Shown: positions 11,897 through 24,820 of the stretch, in pieces
Position numbering within the stretch: the stretch's first letter is position 1
Layout: each line of letters starts with the position of its first letter
NCBI RefSeq assembly: GCF_006345805.1
Contig: NC_043016.1
Location: forward strand, 744,001 to 808,000
Source of the DNA: Octopus sinensis
Lineage: Eukaryota
Direction: 5' to 3'
Length of the DNA: 64,000 bases
Translations under genes and position numbers: made by a program
The notes under the pieces: model-generated
The model's database searches: none
The model's input: the letters and a program-made list of their open reading frames with translations, nothing else
Told to the model about the DNA's origin: nothing

Positions 11897-12523
11897 TGCT
11901 CCTCCTCCCCCATTCCCGTCGTCCATCTGCGACGATACTTCCGTCGTAACTGCTATCCTGTCTTTTCTCGCCCGCCTTGTAAGGCTTCTGGTCGACAAAT
12001 TTTCCCTCTCTCGTCGTCCACGATAATCCAGCGTTTGCAATACTTTTTTCGTCTGGCGTTAACAGCCCTTCTTATCTTGTTCTCCTTGTCCTGTCTCTCA
12101 CTGTTATATATTTATTTTTCCACTGTTTATATATATATTTTTTACTGTTTATATGTTTGTACTGACGTTACCGTCTTGCTTTTTTTTTTACCCCTCTGCG
12201 AAAAGATCTCAGAATTTTAATTGATTTGCTTTTCGCGGGAAGGAATTTTTCTTCGAAGTATACGTCTCGCTTTTATCCTTCGAAACGTTTAGTAGATGAA
12301 ATCTTAGCGACTGAAGAAGGGGATTTTTCGTTGTGCTTATTGTCCTGTATCTCTCCTTTTTTTTTTTTGCTTGTCTTGTTCCTTGGTTTGTGTCTATGTG
12401 GTTTCGTCTCTCTATGTGTTCGACGTCTTTTTGGTGTCCTGTACACATATATGCGTGTATATGTACATGTAGAGGTAGGTACGTACATATATGTTTATAT
12501 ATATGCATATGTTCTATTTTATT

Positions 12524-12563
<40 letters not shown>

Positions 12564-12719
12564 CACACGCACACACACACACACACATACACACATTTAT
12601 ATACAAATGCATATATTTTAATGCAGGCATTAATAAATACAGAGACAGACAAACAGACTGACGGACAGATGAACAGACAGATAGACAGAGACAGGCAGAC
12701 AGGCACGTAGACAGGCGGA

Positions 12720-12780
12720 CACAAACGAAATACTGCTAAGCCTTTCGCCCGGCGCGCTAACATTTCTGCCAGCTCGCCAA
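12720..12780 (-). mobile_element. SINE family A 5' fragment
   Basis: cgaaatactgctaagcctttcgcccggcgcgctaacatttctgccagctcgcc matches the family A head. Confidence 0.7.
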
Positions 12781-13120
12781 AATAAACGTTAATGTAATCG
12801 ACCCAGAACCATACTGAAATCGGTGCCCACCATGGCCACAATCCTATGAGATCAACGTAAGAAAACCACAATATTTTGTCTAAATGCATTAGATTATAAT
12901 TCACAGATTACTTTCTAATTTGTTAATTGCTCGATATTTTTCACTCTTTACGAACTAGAAATGTTATTAACAGCAAACACTTAATGTATATTTAATGAAA
13001 GAATAAAAAAAAACAATTTGTGTTTTATTCATTATTTATATAATTTTGTTTAGGGAACAAAGCTATCAAAACTTTAAATCTGTTTAATACATTGCTATAG
13101 TTAAGAGATGAGGAACTATG

Positions 13121-13299
13121 TACATTATTTACATTATTTACATTTGACGGATATTTGTCCTATTCTTGTTTATTGTTAACACGTTTCGGATGATATACCA
13201 TCCAGCCTTTATCGAGTGTTTTGGGAAACATTCGAAACAAGGCTCTCATTCTTAAGGTATTTTTCGATGTTGTTGTTGTTGTTATTATTATTATTATTA

Positions 13300-13334
<35 letters not shown>

Positions 13335-13531
13335 TCACTTCCTGGAATCGAACTCGGAATCATGGGGTTAGTAGCTCTTAATCACTACACCATATACCCG
13401 TGAGATCAGAACCGGGTTCGAAATTTCTCCAAGATGACACCTGATGAAGTTTGGAAGGTACATCAGCCGAACGTTGTGTTAACAACAAACAAGATGAAGA
13501 CAAATCTCCGTCAAATGTAAATAATGTAAAT
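13121..13531 (-). mobile_element. tRNA-headed SINE with (AAT)n spacer and hammerhead-bearing tail, plus an inverted tail copy at its 5' end
   Basis: Minus strand: head 13402-13331 (A-box-like TGGTGTAGTGA, B box GTTCGATTCC at 13353-13344), then (AAT)n, then tail 13265-13121. The reverse-complement tail is at 13403-13531 with CTGATGA at 13441. Confidence 0.8.
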
Positions 13532-13758
13532 GATTTTAAAATGTTTGTTTATTTTTTAAATTTTTTATCCTTTTACAAGTAATTGTTTACATTCGATAAG
13601 GACAAATGGTAATGGTTTATAGGGTACATGCAAAACTTCAGGACTGAATAGACACAGCAACGCCGAAACTGCGGTGTCTCAAAGTTCCCTTACACGGGCG
13701 ATCCGGTCCATCTTGCGTGTTATTAAAACAATTGTCTAAAGCGACAGGACATTTTCCA

Positions 13759-13822
13759 ATGATGAACAAACAACATCGATCAGATAATCACGACCGAAGC
13801 TCTGAGAACGTATTAAAAGTAG
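13759..13822 (+). CDS. Candidate first coding exon of an unidentified host gene (MMNKQHRSDNHDRSSENVLKV)
   Basis: ATG at 13759, 21 codons + 1 base, consensus donor G|GTAAGT. Phase 1 fits the exon at 15422. Confidence 0.45.
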
Positions 13823-14449
13823 GTAAGTATAAAGGAATTATTTTCATCGTAATTGTTTCTAGCATAGACACAAAGTGTGAAATTTGAAGGAGGCATGTAA
13901 ACGATATCGTCGACTCCATTTTTTCTCTGGTAAATTATATTATGAATCATGAAAGAATGAAAGACAAAGATGACCTCAATGACATTTAAAATCGTAACGT
14001 AAAGAGTCGGAACAAGTACCTTAAGATATTTTGTCGACGATCTTACCACTCTACGACTCCACCAACATTCTTTTCATCATTATTGATTGCTGTTACATAC
14101 TGCTGCTCTTGTTTTGAATGAAGTCAGCTATGACTCAAAAGACTCAAAACTAATGATCATCATCCATCATTCATTTTTCTTTCGAAATTGTTAATCTATA
14201 CTATTCAATGTCTTTTCTTTTGTTGTCGTTATTGTTGTTGCTGTTATTGATGTTGTTTAACTCTAGGCCAGTCATGAGTTAACTCGACAGACCTATAATC
14301 AAATGAATTCCATCTGTGGCCATTTGGTCTTTGGTTCAGACATGTTGCAGACCGCACTACGTCAGTCAACAATTAAAGTCATAATTTAAGAATGTAGAAT
14401 GTGATTTGAGAAATATTTGGTTACCATGTCTCGCAGAAAGAGTGACTAA

Positions 14450-14548
<99 letters not shown>

Positions 14549-15421
14549 GTGTGTGTGTGTGTATGTGTGTGTGGTGCGTGTGTGAGTGTGTGTGGGTGTG
14601 TGTGTATGATGCTTCTGCTTTACTGCCATAAAAAGTCTAAGTTGCTGCTACAGTGTGAGAGGTATTAGTATTTCTAGACAAGTTACATAAACGATCGGTA
14701 TCGCAAGAAATACACACTCACATACACACAACACAGACACACAGACAGAAACTCACACATACACACACACTCTCTCTCGGTCTTCGTTTCTCACCCACAC
14801 ACATGTATCACCTATATGTAATATCAATAAATTGTTCATTCAATATAGATTGAGTATAAAAATGTTTTATAAAATGAAAATACAAATTTTATTTTTAACA
14901 CAGATTAATTAGTCACTAGATAGTCTTTCTTAATTACACATTAATAATGAAGAGCATAGCCATAGCAGTGAAGTCACAGAGCCAGAGTTGCGGAGAAATC
15001 ATTTGTTCTATATACATGTAATAGTTCAATAATTCTCTGATAATGACTTTCTGCGAGTGAATAAAATACACTCCGTTGAGCAATGAACTTTGCTGAGAAA
15101 AAAATTATAAATAAATAGATAAATAAAAATTTAAATAACAAACAATAAATAAATTCAATTAAGTATTTCCACAAAATAGCAAATATGTTTTAAAGCTAAT
15201 CTATGATGAACTGACAGATTCCTTTTAAATATTTGTTTTAAATATTCAAAATGATTTTTAATGTTCACTTTACAAGCGATGGCAAACCTACATTAACAGG
15301 GAATGAAAGGTCTCTTTAAATAACAGATCAATATCGATTAGCCATAGGTCACCAGCACTAAATTGATGCATATGCCTGGCACCAAGCCAAGTAATTTTAT
15401 AATTTTCTTTCTTTTTCCCAG

Positions 15422-15512
15422 AATGCAGTCGTCAATCTTCCAGCATCAAAATTCATCCGCAAAACGAAAATGAAGAACATCAGGCTATCCATAAAAAAAA
15501 AGCAATTAAAAG
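15422..15512 (+). CDS. Candidate internal exon (ECSRQSSSIKIHPQNENEEHQAIHKKKAIK)
   Basis: Strong polypyrimidine acceptor ttttctttctttttcccag, open frame, donor AG|GTATTA; phase 1 to 2. Confidence 0.5.
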
Positions 15513-15716
15513 GTATTAATTTGACAATCATTCAATCATGGTATTAACAAGATAGGAATCAAAATAACTACAGAATCTATTAAATGTGAAATGATTCACT
15601 GAAAAATCGTAAAACAATTTTTCCTGAGGTTAATGGTAACAGATAAGACCATTCAAAACTATGACAACCACGAAAAGAATAACAGCACATATCAATGTTT
15701 GTAATGTCTGTAACAG

Positions 15717-15796
15717 TAATTCGGTTCTTAACATGGAGGAAAATCCCTCATCTGTAGATACATCAAGATTTCAGGAAGAATTTGGAAGATTCAGCA
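15717..15796 (+). CDS. Candidate internal exon (SNSVLNMEENPSSVDTSRFQEEFGRFS)
   Basis: Acceptor ctgtaacag, 1 + 26 codons + 1, donor A|GTGAGA; phase 2 to 1, continuing the previous exon. Confidence 0.45.
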
Positions 15797-16199
15797 GTGA
15801 GAAATTTGTTTTTAAGTCGAAAAACTCTTTATTATTCTTTATATTTGTTTTGCTAGACATTTACTCTATTGTTGATTTTAAGAATGCTAGTGTTAAATTC
15901 TATATAATTTAATGCAAAGATATTGTATGTACAAGAATACTTTAACATAAAGTTGGTAAGTAATAGTGTTATATACAAGACTTTTTTCAAATGGAATGGA
16001 TTACTTCTCTTATTTGTAATGGCGCTTTAAGTATTTTTGTTTTTGTCATATTCAATATTAAATCATCTCGTCTTGGTCTAACACAGATCCATTAGGTACT
16101 AAACAGGCAGTGTGCCTATCACAATGTAATATACTCTATATAAACTCTAACTGCACATTTTGTGTAGCACACCAAAAAGCATAGCGATAATATTAAACA

Positions 16200-16562
16200 C
16201 TAGCACTATGACCCAGCAACACCGGGTCATAGTGCTTGTGCATGCACATACAGCTGCGTGCATGCACACATACTCGCGAGTGCTGTCCAAATCTCCGACC
16301 AATCACACACAGCTAGCTGGCATTCAATTGACGTATCAGGTTTCAGGCATTTTGATTGGGATTTGGGTAGAAAATTCACAAAAAGGTCACTTCTATTGAT
16401 TTTTAATGGCTTTGCGGGGTAACTGGGGAAATGTAAATATGTGCACGACCACCCTTGGACGGTTTTAAATGACCATAGAAAGTGCGATCCCTCTAACTGA
16501 AGAATTGTGGATTTGTATAAAGGACACACACACACACACATTTTACCGTTTATATAGAGAGA
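16200..16562 (-). mobile_element. Complete non-autonomous Helitron (363 bp)
   Basis: Minus strand begins TCTCTCTATATAAA after an A and ends with a 13-bp-stem hairpin (AGCACTATGACCC/GGGTCATAGTGCT) running into CTAG followed by T. No TSD. Confidence 0.8.
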
Positions 16563-17177
16563 TATTTGTTAGAACTCAATATATTATGCTTTAGTTTTAA
16601 AATGTTAGGTGAGCACAGGGCATGATATAAATCAATGAGTGATAAAAAGAACATGTGTCAAATAAACTCTTTCATTAACTTGCAGCTGTTTCTACTATTG
16701 TACTCAGAATTAAATGCTCATGTTAAAACTTATAGCTACTTCGGAGCCATTAAAAAGAAGTGAATGCTTATTGCGCGGAAGCATTTAAATACATAGAGCT
16801 TATTCCAAATAGAACCATTTATAACATAATACAGCCATATAAATGCTTCTGAGGAAGCTATAAGTTACTGTATGAAGATTAATCACGAGACCAACGACTT
16901 TTATAAGCGAAACAGATTACCTTAATTCTTTTATTTGCACATATATTATTTTATTTATATATAAATATATTTCTGTATGCGTGTATTTGTGGTTGCGTAT
17001 TTGGTGGTATGTATGCGTGTATATATCAATATGCGTACGCCTGTATGTGGATTTATATACATATGGGTACACAGATGCGAAATAACGTAGATTAAAAATA
17101 GATTACTTGTCTGATGAACAGTTACATTAAACTATGATTAAAGGCTTGTGAAGTTTTTCAGCTTCAATAAAACAATA

Positions 17178-17345
17178 CATTCATACATACATACGTACGT
17201 ACGTATGTACATACATACATACATACATACACACACACATACATACATACATACATACATACATACATACATACATACATACATACATACATACATACAT
17301 ACATACATACATACGCACACAATCTCACACATACACATATACATG
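17178..17345. repeat. (ATAC)n microsatellite
   Basis: Directly visible. Confidence 0.95.
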
Positions 17346-18259
17346 CGTAAACATATAAATATAATATATATGTGTGTGCATGTGCAATATATATATATAT
17401 ATATTATATATATATTATATATGATCTGAATGATATGATATATATGCAAAAAATGTAATATATAAATAAATATCTATAAATATGAACCATACGATCTGAT
17501 TATTACCTCATTTTTTCTAATATATATATATATATATTCTTAGTTTCTTTACACAGACATATGCATGCTATATGTGTGCAGCATACGGGGTATTCCAAAG
17601 ACGGTTGCAATGGAAGAACCGGTGTTCTTTCTTTTCTATTAAATTACTGAAATGTTATGTTAACCGTGTTTCCCTATGCTGGTCTATACATTACTGTAAA
17701 TATATCTATAGCTTAATTAACCAACCCTGAGTTACGAAAAATGTAAATGATAAGTCTATAGGACTTGTTTGTGAACAGAAAAATATGTAATTATTTTACG
17801 TACGTTTCCGTTGTTCTTATAATTGTCTACAGCAATTGTGTACCATCCTTAACTATGCACAGAAGTCGCGTATAATGCAATCAATGTTAGGATACTGGGA
17901 ATCTAGAAATTTTTAAATAAGCAAAATGTTCTATCGAGTTTGCATACTTAAAAATTTTAAGACAACTATGTCGGACATTTAATTACTGGTATATTAACAA
18001 CATTTTGTGTTAATGCTATAATATAATGAAAATTTATAGTTTTGTTAGCTAGCATTGCGTGTTATGGCGATTATAAGCATTACGTATGTGTATTGTACGT
18101 AGATTCCTTTCCTACGAGGAAAGATGGCTGGCCTTTCGTACAGCTCTTCTCCATGGGAAATCATCTGTGATGACCATTCTTGCGGCGTAACGTGGTCGTT
18201 TCCAAGAAGAGAGAGAGGGGGTAGAAAGAAAGAAAGAATGAAAGAAAGAAAGGAAGAAT

Positions 18260-18410
18260 GATTCGACCCCAATACGAGACTGGTACCTTGTAGACACGAG
18301 AAGGACGAAAGTCGAAGATGACCTCGACAGGATGTAATTCAAAACGCGAAGAATCGGAAATAATACTGCCAGACACTCTATCTAACGCTCTAGTGACTCT
18401 ACCAATTTAC
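18260..18410 (-). mobile_element. Old, diverged SINE family A copy
   Basis: tcgaccccaatacgagactggtac...gacctcgacaggatgtaattcaaaacg aligns loosely with family A. Confidence 0.55.
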
Positions 18411-18492
18411 TGCATTAGCTATGGAATACACAAACGTACACATACACCACACGTCTGTTTATATATCTGATTAATATATATATATATATGCG

Positions 18493-18533
<41 letters not shown>

Positions 18534-18661
18534 CTGTGTGTGTATGTGTGTGTGTGTGTATTATATATGTATAATATTATTTTTTATATGAATATATGTA
18601 TGTAATATATATATATATATATATACACGCACGGATACACATGCCCCCCCATACATGCATA

Positions 18662-18714
<53 letters not shown>

Positions 18715-19866
18715 GTAAGCTATACTACATATAGCTATATATTCTGCATATAGAGTATATAAAATAGTACTGTACACTGGCTAAGTATAGCCCAGTCTAT
18801 AGCATAAAGTTTAGATGTACATTGACTACAGTATATACTAGGTTTACATTCACTATAGTATTGAGAGGAGACTAGCATTTATCGTACAATGGCTATAGTA
18901 AACTAATAATCAGACTTTATAATATAGATCAGCTGTAACATGCCACGGTATGCAGGATAGTTCAGTTAACTATAACACGAATGTGTTGTATATTTGCCGA
19001 AAATTACCAATAACACCTTAACATTAACTTAATACTTATAGTTCCAAATTCAATTTCTGAGTCTTTATATCATACTGCAAAATGACAATGTTATTTCATT
19101 CATTTTTAGATTCAATATATTTGTTATAGATTGATACGAAAGTATTCATGTAGACGGTGAATGGATAGAATACATTTGGAATCAATATAAGGCATATACT
19201 TCAAACAGAATTTAATGCCTGAACTATTGAAAAGAATCACAGTGTATTGCTAGGTGCATTGATAAACAATGCTTGTTAGACCAACAAAGCGATTTGTGAA
19301 GTTTAATTGTGTTTTAACATCTTGCTGTTGATGTTCGTCTATGTATGTGTTTGTTTCTTTTCACTTGGAGACCAATCATAAATGATGTGGTGGACATTTA
19401 AGGATAGCAAAGCCGACATAGTTATCGTTTTCATTTCCCTCTCTCTCTCTCTCTCTCTTTCTGTGTCTCTCTCTATCTCTCACACAGTCTCTCTATCTAT
19501 CTATCTATCAATATCTGAATCTCTCTCTATCTGTTCAATGTTACAGTGTAATGTATTTCTTCAATATAACATCATGTGTCACTTCAATTCACCTGCATAG
19601 CAACAGTACTGTTACTACTTCTATTTATGTGAGCTCTTCCATTGTCGTCGTCTTAAAGCTGACAGAGTAACTTCCCCTCTTTGTTTTGTTTTTCCTTTAT
19701 GCATTGCTTCTACCTATACCTCTTTATTTTATTTATCCTATACACCTATTTATAATGTTGTACATGGTATGTATCTGTGTATGTAATCATCTCTCTCTAT
19801 CTCTCTGTCTCAATCTCTCTCTCTATATATATACACACACAAACAAATATGAAGTATACGTTTGTG

Positions 19867-19904
<38 letters not shown>

Positions 19905-20188
19905 GATTTAAATATAATTCCATTGTCTCTTTCACCCTCACTATTTTTATTGATATATATATATATATACGTACATATGGTCATACGCACGTACATACAT
20001 ATTTACATACATAACACGTTGCATGTACGACCTATGACAGCAAAGTTTATACTTAGATCATAAATTCCAACCGTTCACGTTGTATATAAACATATTCCTA
20101 CATACACGCGCACTCTTTTGCATGTGTGCATATGTACGTATATCAATATACATGTGTGTATGTGTGTATTATATATATATTATATATA

Positions 20189-20230
<42 letters not shown>

Positions 20231-20908
20231 TATATATATAGTGTGTGTGTGTGTGTGTGTGTGTGTGGTGTTTGTGGTGTGTGTATGTGTGTGTGTGTAT
20301 GTGTGTGTGTGTATGTATATACGTATTATGCACAAACAGAGCGTATTATAAAACATAAGATAAATTTAAAGTTAGCCTACAATTTATAACGTCTGTGCGG
20401 CTGAAGTAAACAATGTAAATAACTTTTGTTATCCTTTTCCCATAAAGGCAAAAAATCAAGGCGATTAACACGACATGTGTGATAGTTGGCCATTCTTCAA
20501 AGGATAATAACTATTCGTTTTACTTCCTATGAAGAGAAGTTAATAGCAATCGTTATTTAAATCAAGCACAAGCAGGGATTTAGCTAAAAAAAAAAGCTTA
20601 GATTAATTTGCATACGGTATATCTTTCAGTGAAGATTTGTCAGATCTTGTTACTATTCTCAGCGTAGGAGTTTTAGGGTGAGGACTACATTAAATATGTC
20701 TTAGACTTTCTAAGTAACGTTGTTTATGCATAAAATATTTATGAAGTATTTAATTTGAGATGGACGAAATATACTTATCTTCTGAAGTATAGTCAGCCAG
20801 TCATGAAACGTCATGATGTTCTTCACTCTGGTGTATGGAGAGAATAACAGAATGCATTTACATCTGATTATTTCCCATGGGAATGGCTAGTGAACAACGT
20901 TGTATTTA

Positions 20909-20946
<38 letters not shown>

Positions 20947-22769
20947 TCATACATACTCGTGTACACACACACTCGTAAAAACATACATGCATGCATGCAT
21001 ACATACGTACGTTACATACATACATATTAGAGCTTTCACTGCAAGTAACCCCTTCATTTACTTTCGACGGAAGGTCACCAAGATTTCGACACCTACCAAA
21101 CAATATCTTATTTCTTGTGATACCAAGCATCATTGATGATAAAACGGTATTTCTTGGTTCGATTGGCCCCAACTTCATTTTCATCATTATAAGCTGCACA
21201 AGGTATATGAAGCTTGGTGCATCTGTAATAACTTCAGCCATGCGGTAGCTTCCGCCCTTTTATTAATTAATGGGGAATCTGTCTTTCTTCTTATCATGAG
21301 TCATTCTTGCACATATGTACATCATATTTTCCCCGATACAATTTTCCGCTTCTGTCATCAGTTCGAAAATCGCTGCCCTTATAGACTGATAGAAAAAATC
21401 TACGACATTCTCCTCCAATAGGAAGAGCTGTGCTCTACAATCCTCATATTTTACATGTTCCCTACGTCCACCCGTTATATTCTAGGCACTTTGTTTCATG
21501 AGATTCTCTACGAAACCTTCAATTCAATATGCAGGATATTTTTGTCAAGTTAGATCTTGATTTAATTCAATCACTTTCCTTAAATCGCCTTGCACCTTTC
21601 GGTCGTTAATACTATTTGGAAATCTAGATCTTGATTTTCCATTACTTACACTTCTGCATTTTTTCTCTCATTCCCTGAGGAAAACAACTCAGTACAACTT
21701 AGTGTTGATTCTCTTTGACTTAACGTTGCTACATTGCTCCACAGTGCTTCAATAAAGGTGCTTAAAACTTGTTTACGCCGCTAGTCATATTTTGCAAAAG
21801 AAGGAAAAGATGCATTACTCCCACAATGACCCTCTACTATATGATGTTGTTGGACCTAAAGTAAACAGAGGTGTCACTAACTTTACCATCATATTAGCCA
21901 GGAATGGAAAAAATATCGTAAATTTATTACCTTGACGTTTTAGTTTTCCAAAACTTGTTTCCATGATAAATTTCTGTGTTTATTCTGAAACGACATCCTT
22001 TTACTTCGTATCTGCCCCTTCTATTTCATTCAGACGGACAGTGGACTCTACCATCTCAACAGCTTTCGCTGCGCTCACTTTCTATCCTCTCAATGCGATT
22101 GTCAAGGCCGTATATAAAATGAGGAGCACTGAATTACATAGCATCAAGTTTCAGTGCAATTTTGCTTCTGGAATCTGTTTGATACTTTGATATTTAAAAA
22201 TTCAGTTATTCAACTGCCTCTAAATATTTATTATAAAATGTGATGGAGATCACATTGAAACTTTTTCTGTTTAACATATCAGATCAGCCATGATCAAAAA
22301 GCTATAGCCAAAACAGTACAGTGCTACAATTTTGTTGATTCACCAAATAGAGATGTCGCAGATAATGAAAAAAAAAATCAAAATCATTGAACCCCTCGAT
22401 AGACATACAGAGACAACAAGGTAACAAATATAGAACATTTGAAGGTGATAGTCCATGATTCTCATGACCATCACGACAACTATCATGGTCACGGCTTAAA
22501 TAATTAAAAGGAATGGAACATTTTTTAAACAATCGTTTTTGTTTTAATTTTCTTCCATTTACCTATCTAGCTATCTGTCTAAACATTTAATAGAAAACCA
22601 CGTCTATCAATCTATCTATGTATAATTAATAATATCAAAGGGTAATCAGAAATATTAGAAATGTCCATTACCAGTGGCCTACCGTGTAAAACTTTAGCCA
22701 ATAGACTATATATTATTCATATAAATACAGTGTAGATATAAACATATATGAGGCATCCGTCATAGTACT

Positions 22770-23057
22770 CCTTGCACGCTAGAGAGAACAGTTAAATTCC
22801 AAACCACTATTAGGGATAAAATTTCGAAGGGAATGAAAATTAAAAACATTTACCATCTAACTCCTGGACCAATGATTTCAGACTTTTTTAGCAAATAAAA
22901 TATTTGCTAGCGAAGTCTTCTTCAGCAGGTACACCTTAGATTATATATATATATGTGTGTGTGTGTACGCGCGCGCGTGTGTGTGTGTGTGTATGTGTGT
23001 GTGTGTGTGTATGTGTGAGTGAGTGTGTGTGTATGTATATATATATATGTATATATG

Positions 23058-23093
<36 letters not shown>

Positions 23094-23103
23094 TGTATGT
23101 ATG

Positions 23104-23188
<85 letters not shown>

Positions 23189-23335
23189 ATGTAAGGTTTA
23201 CCTGCGGAGGAAGATTCGCCTAGCAAAATATTGGTCCAGGCGTTAGATGGTAAATGATTGTATTTTTCATTCCCCTCGAAATATTATCCCTAATAGTGGT
23301 TTGGAATTTAGCTGTTCTCTCTAGCATGCAAGGAT
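22770..23335. repeat. Head-to-head inverted hammerhead-bearing repeat around a ~255-bp microsatellite
   Basis: 22770-22935 is the reverse complement of 23190-23335. The right arm lacks about 29 nt that the left arm retains. Confidence 0.85.
22863..22929 (-). ncRNA. Type I hammerhead ribozyme, intact core, extended stem II
   Basis: CCTG-CTGAAGA-AGACTT cgc TAGCAAATA ttt TATTTGCTA aaa AAGTCT-GAAA-TC att GG-TC-CAGG. All core bases are present, the cleavage triplet is GUC and stem I has 4 bp. Confidence 0.75.
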
Positions 23336-23393
23336 TCATATGATGGATGCCTCTCATGTGTTTAACTGTACACTGTATTTACATCTACTATCC

Positions 23394-23475
<82 letters not shown>

Positions 23476-23484
23476 ATATATATA

Positions 23485-23540
<56 letters not shown>

Positions 23541-23929
23541 ATATTGTATATCTGTCCATCTATCAATCTGTCCTCTTCTTTCTGCCTTTCTGTCTATATG
23601 TCTGTCTGTCTATCTATCTATATATCTATCTAATTCAATCTATCTATCTGTCTGTGTCTGCCTATCTATCTACCTATCTCTATAATATTCTGGAACATTT
23701 TTTAAATAAAGAAGTGGTAAGTCCCAAATGAGGTGCACGTGCGTTGTATAAGAGAGCATGTATGTGCGTGTGGAAGAGGGCTGGTGACCTTGACGCATGC
23801 GTGTGTGTATGTGTAGGTGTTTAGTTGTGGAGTCGGGAAGTGGTCAGTGCTAGTGTATGTGTGTGGTGGTGTGATGTGATGTGATGTGTTGTGTGGTATG
23901 GTGATGTATGGTGTAGTGGTGTGTGGTGT

Positions 23930-24190
23930 GGTGTGACGGTGTTGGGAGGTGGGGGAAGCGAGAGTGGGGAAAGCAAGTGAGGAGGGTGGGTTTGCTGAGG
24001 GGGAGGGTAGAGGTTGGGTATGTGGGAAAGAGTGTAAGGGATGGGGGTAGGGTGGGATGCGATGGGTAAGGAAGGTGAGGTTGGATTGTGTAGGGTGGGG
24101 TTACGAGGGAGGGGTGAGGATGAAGGTAGAGGTGGAAGGTAGAAGGAGAGTAGGAGTGAAGAGAAGTAGGAGTCGGAGTAAGAGAGGATA
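23930..24190 (+). repeat. G-rich purine tract with many GGG runs
   Basis: Directly visible; almost C-free on the + strand. Confidence 0.8.
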
Positions 24191-24229
24191 GATCTATCTA
24201 TCTGCTTTTATTATCTTTTGCTGCACGTC

Positions 24230-24754
24230 ATATACATACATGCAATGCATTCATCTATCTATCCATCTATCCATACATATATACATACATACATACATAC
24301 ATACATACATACATACATACATACATACACACACACATACATATCTAAATACATACATGGATGCCCGCACGCGCACACTCACGCACAAACACACACACAC
24401 ATACATACATACATGCATACATACATACATTCATTCATACATACATGCATGCATGCATGCCTACATACATACATACTTACATACTTACATACATGCATAC
24501 ATACTTACATACATATATACATACATACATATATACATGCATGCATGCATGCCTACATACATACATACATACATACATACTTACATACATGCATACATAC
24601 TTACATACATTACATACATACATACATACATGCATGCCTACATACATACATACATACATACATACATACATACATACGTACGTACGTACATACATACACA
24701 CATACATACATACATACATACATACATACATACATACATACATACATACATACA

Positions 24755-24785
<31 letters not shown>

Positions 24786-24820
24786 GTACGTACATCCATC
24801 CATCCATACATACATACATA
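24230..24820. repeat. ~590-bp (ATAC)n array with CATG/CTTA variant blocks
   Basis: Directly visible; source of the 302-aa and 208-aa pseudo-ORFs. Confidence 0.95.

Noticed and set aside
12274-12325. Permuted (type II) hammerhead: ATCCTTC-GAAAC-GTT...CTGAAGA-AGGGGAT
   Set aside because: Stem I cannot form beyond 1 bp and stem II needs two wobbles plus a mismatch.
13331-13402. tRNA gene
   Set aside because: A and B boxes only, with no complete cloverleaf or acceptor stem; it is a SINE head.
16727-16866. ~140-bp element with imperfect ~25-bp inverted ends
   Set aside because: Arms are mismatched and no clear TSD; too weak to call a MITE.
21334-21366. Minus-strand CTGATGA...GAAA...GTA
   Set aside because: No real stem II and an A-G mismatch in stem III; likely chance.
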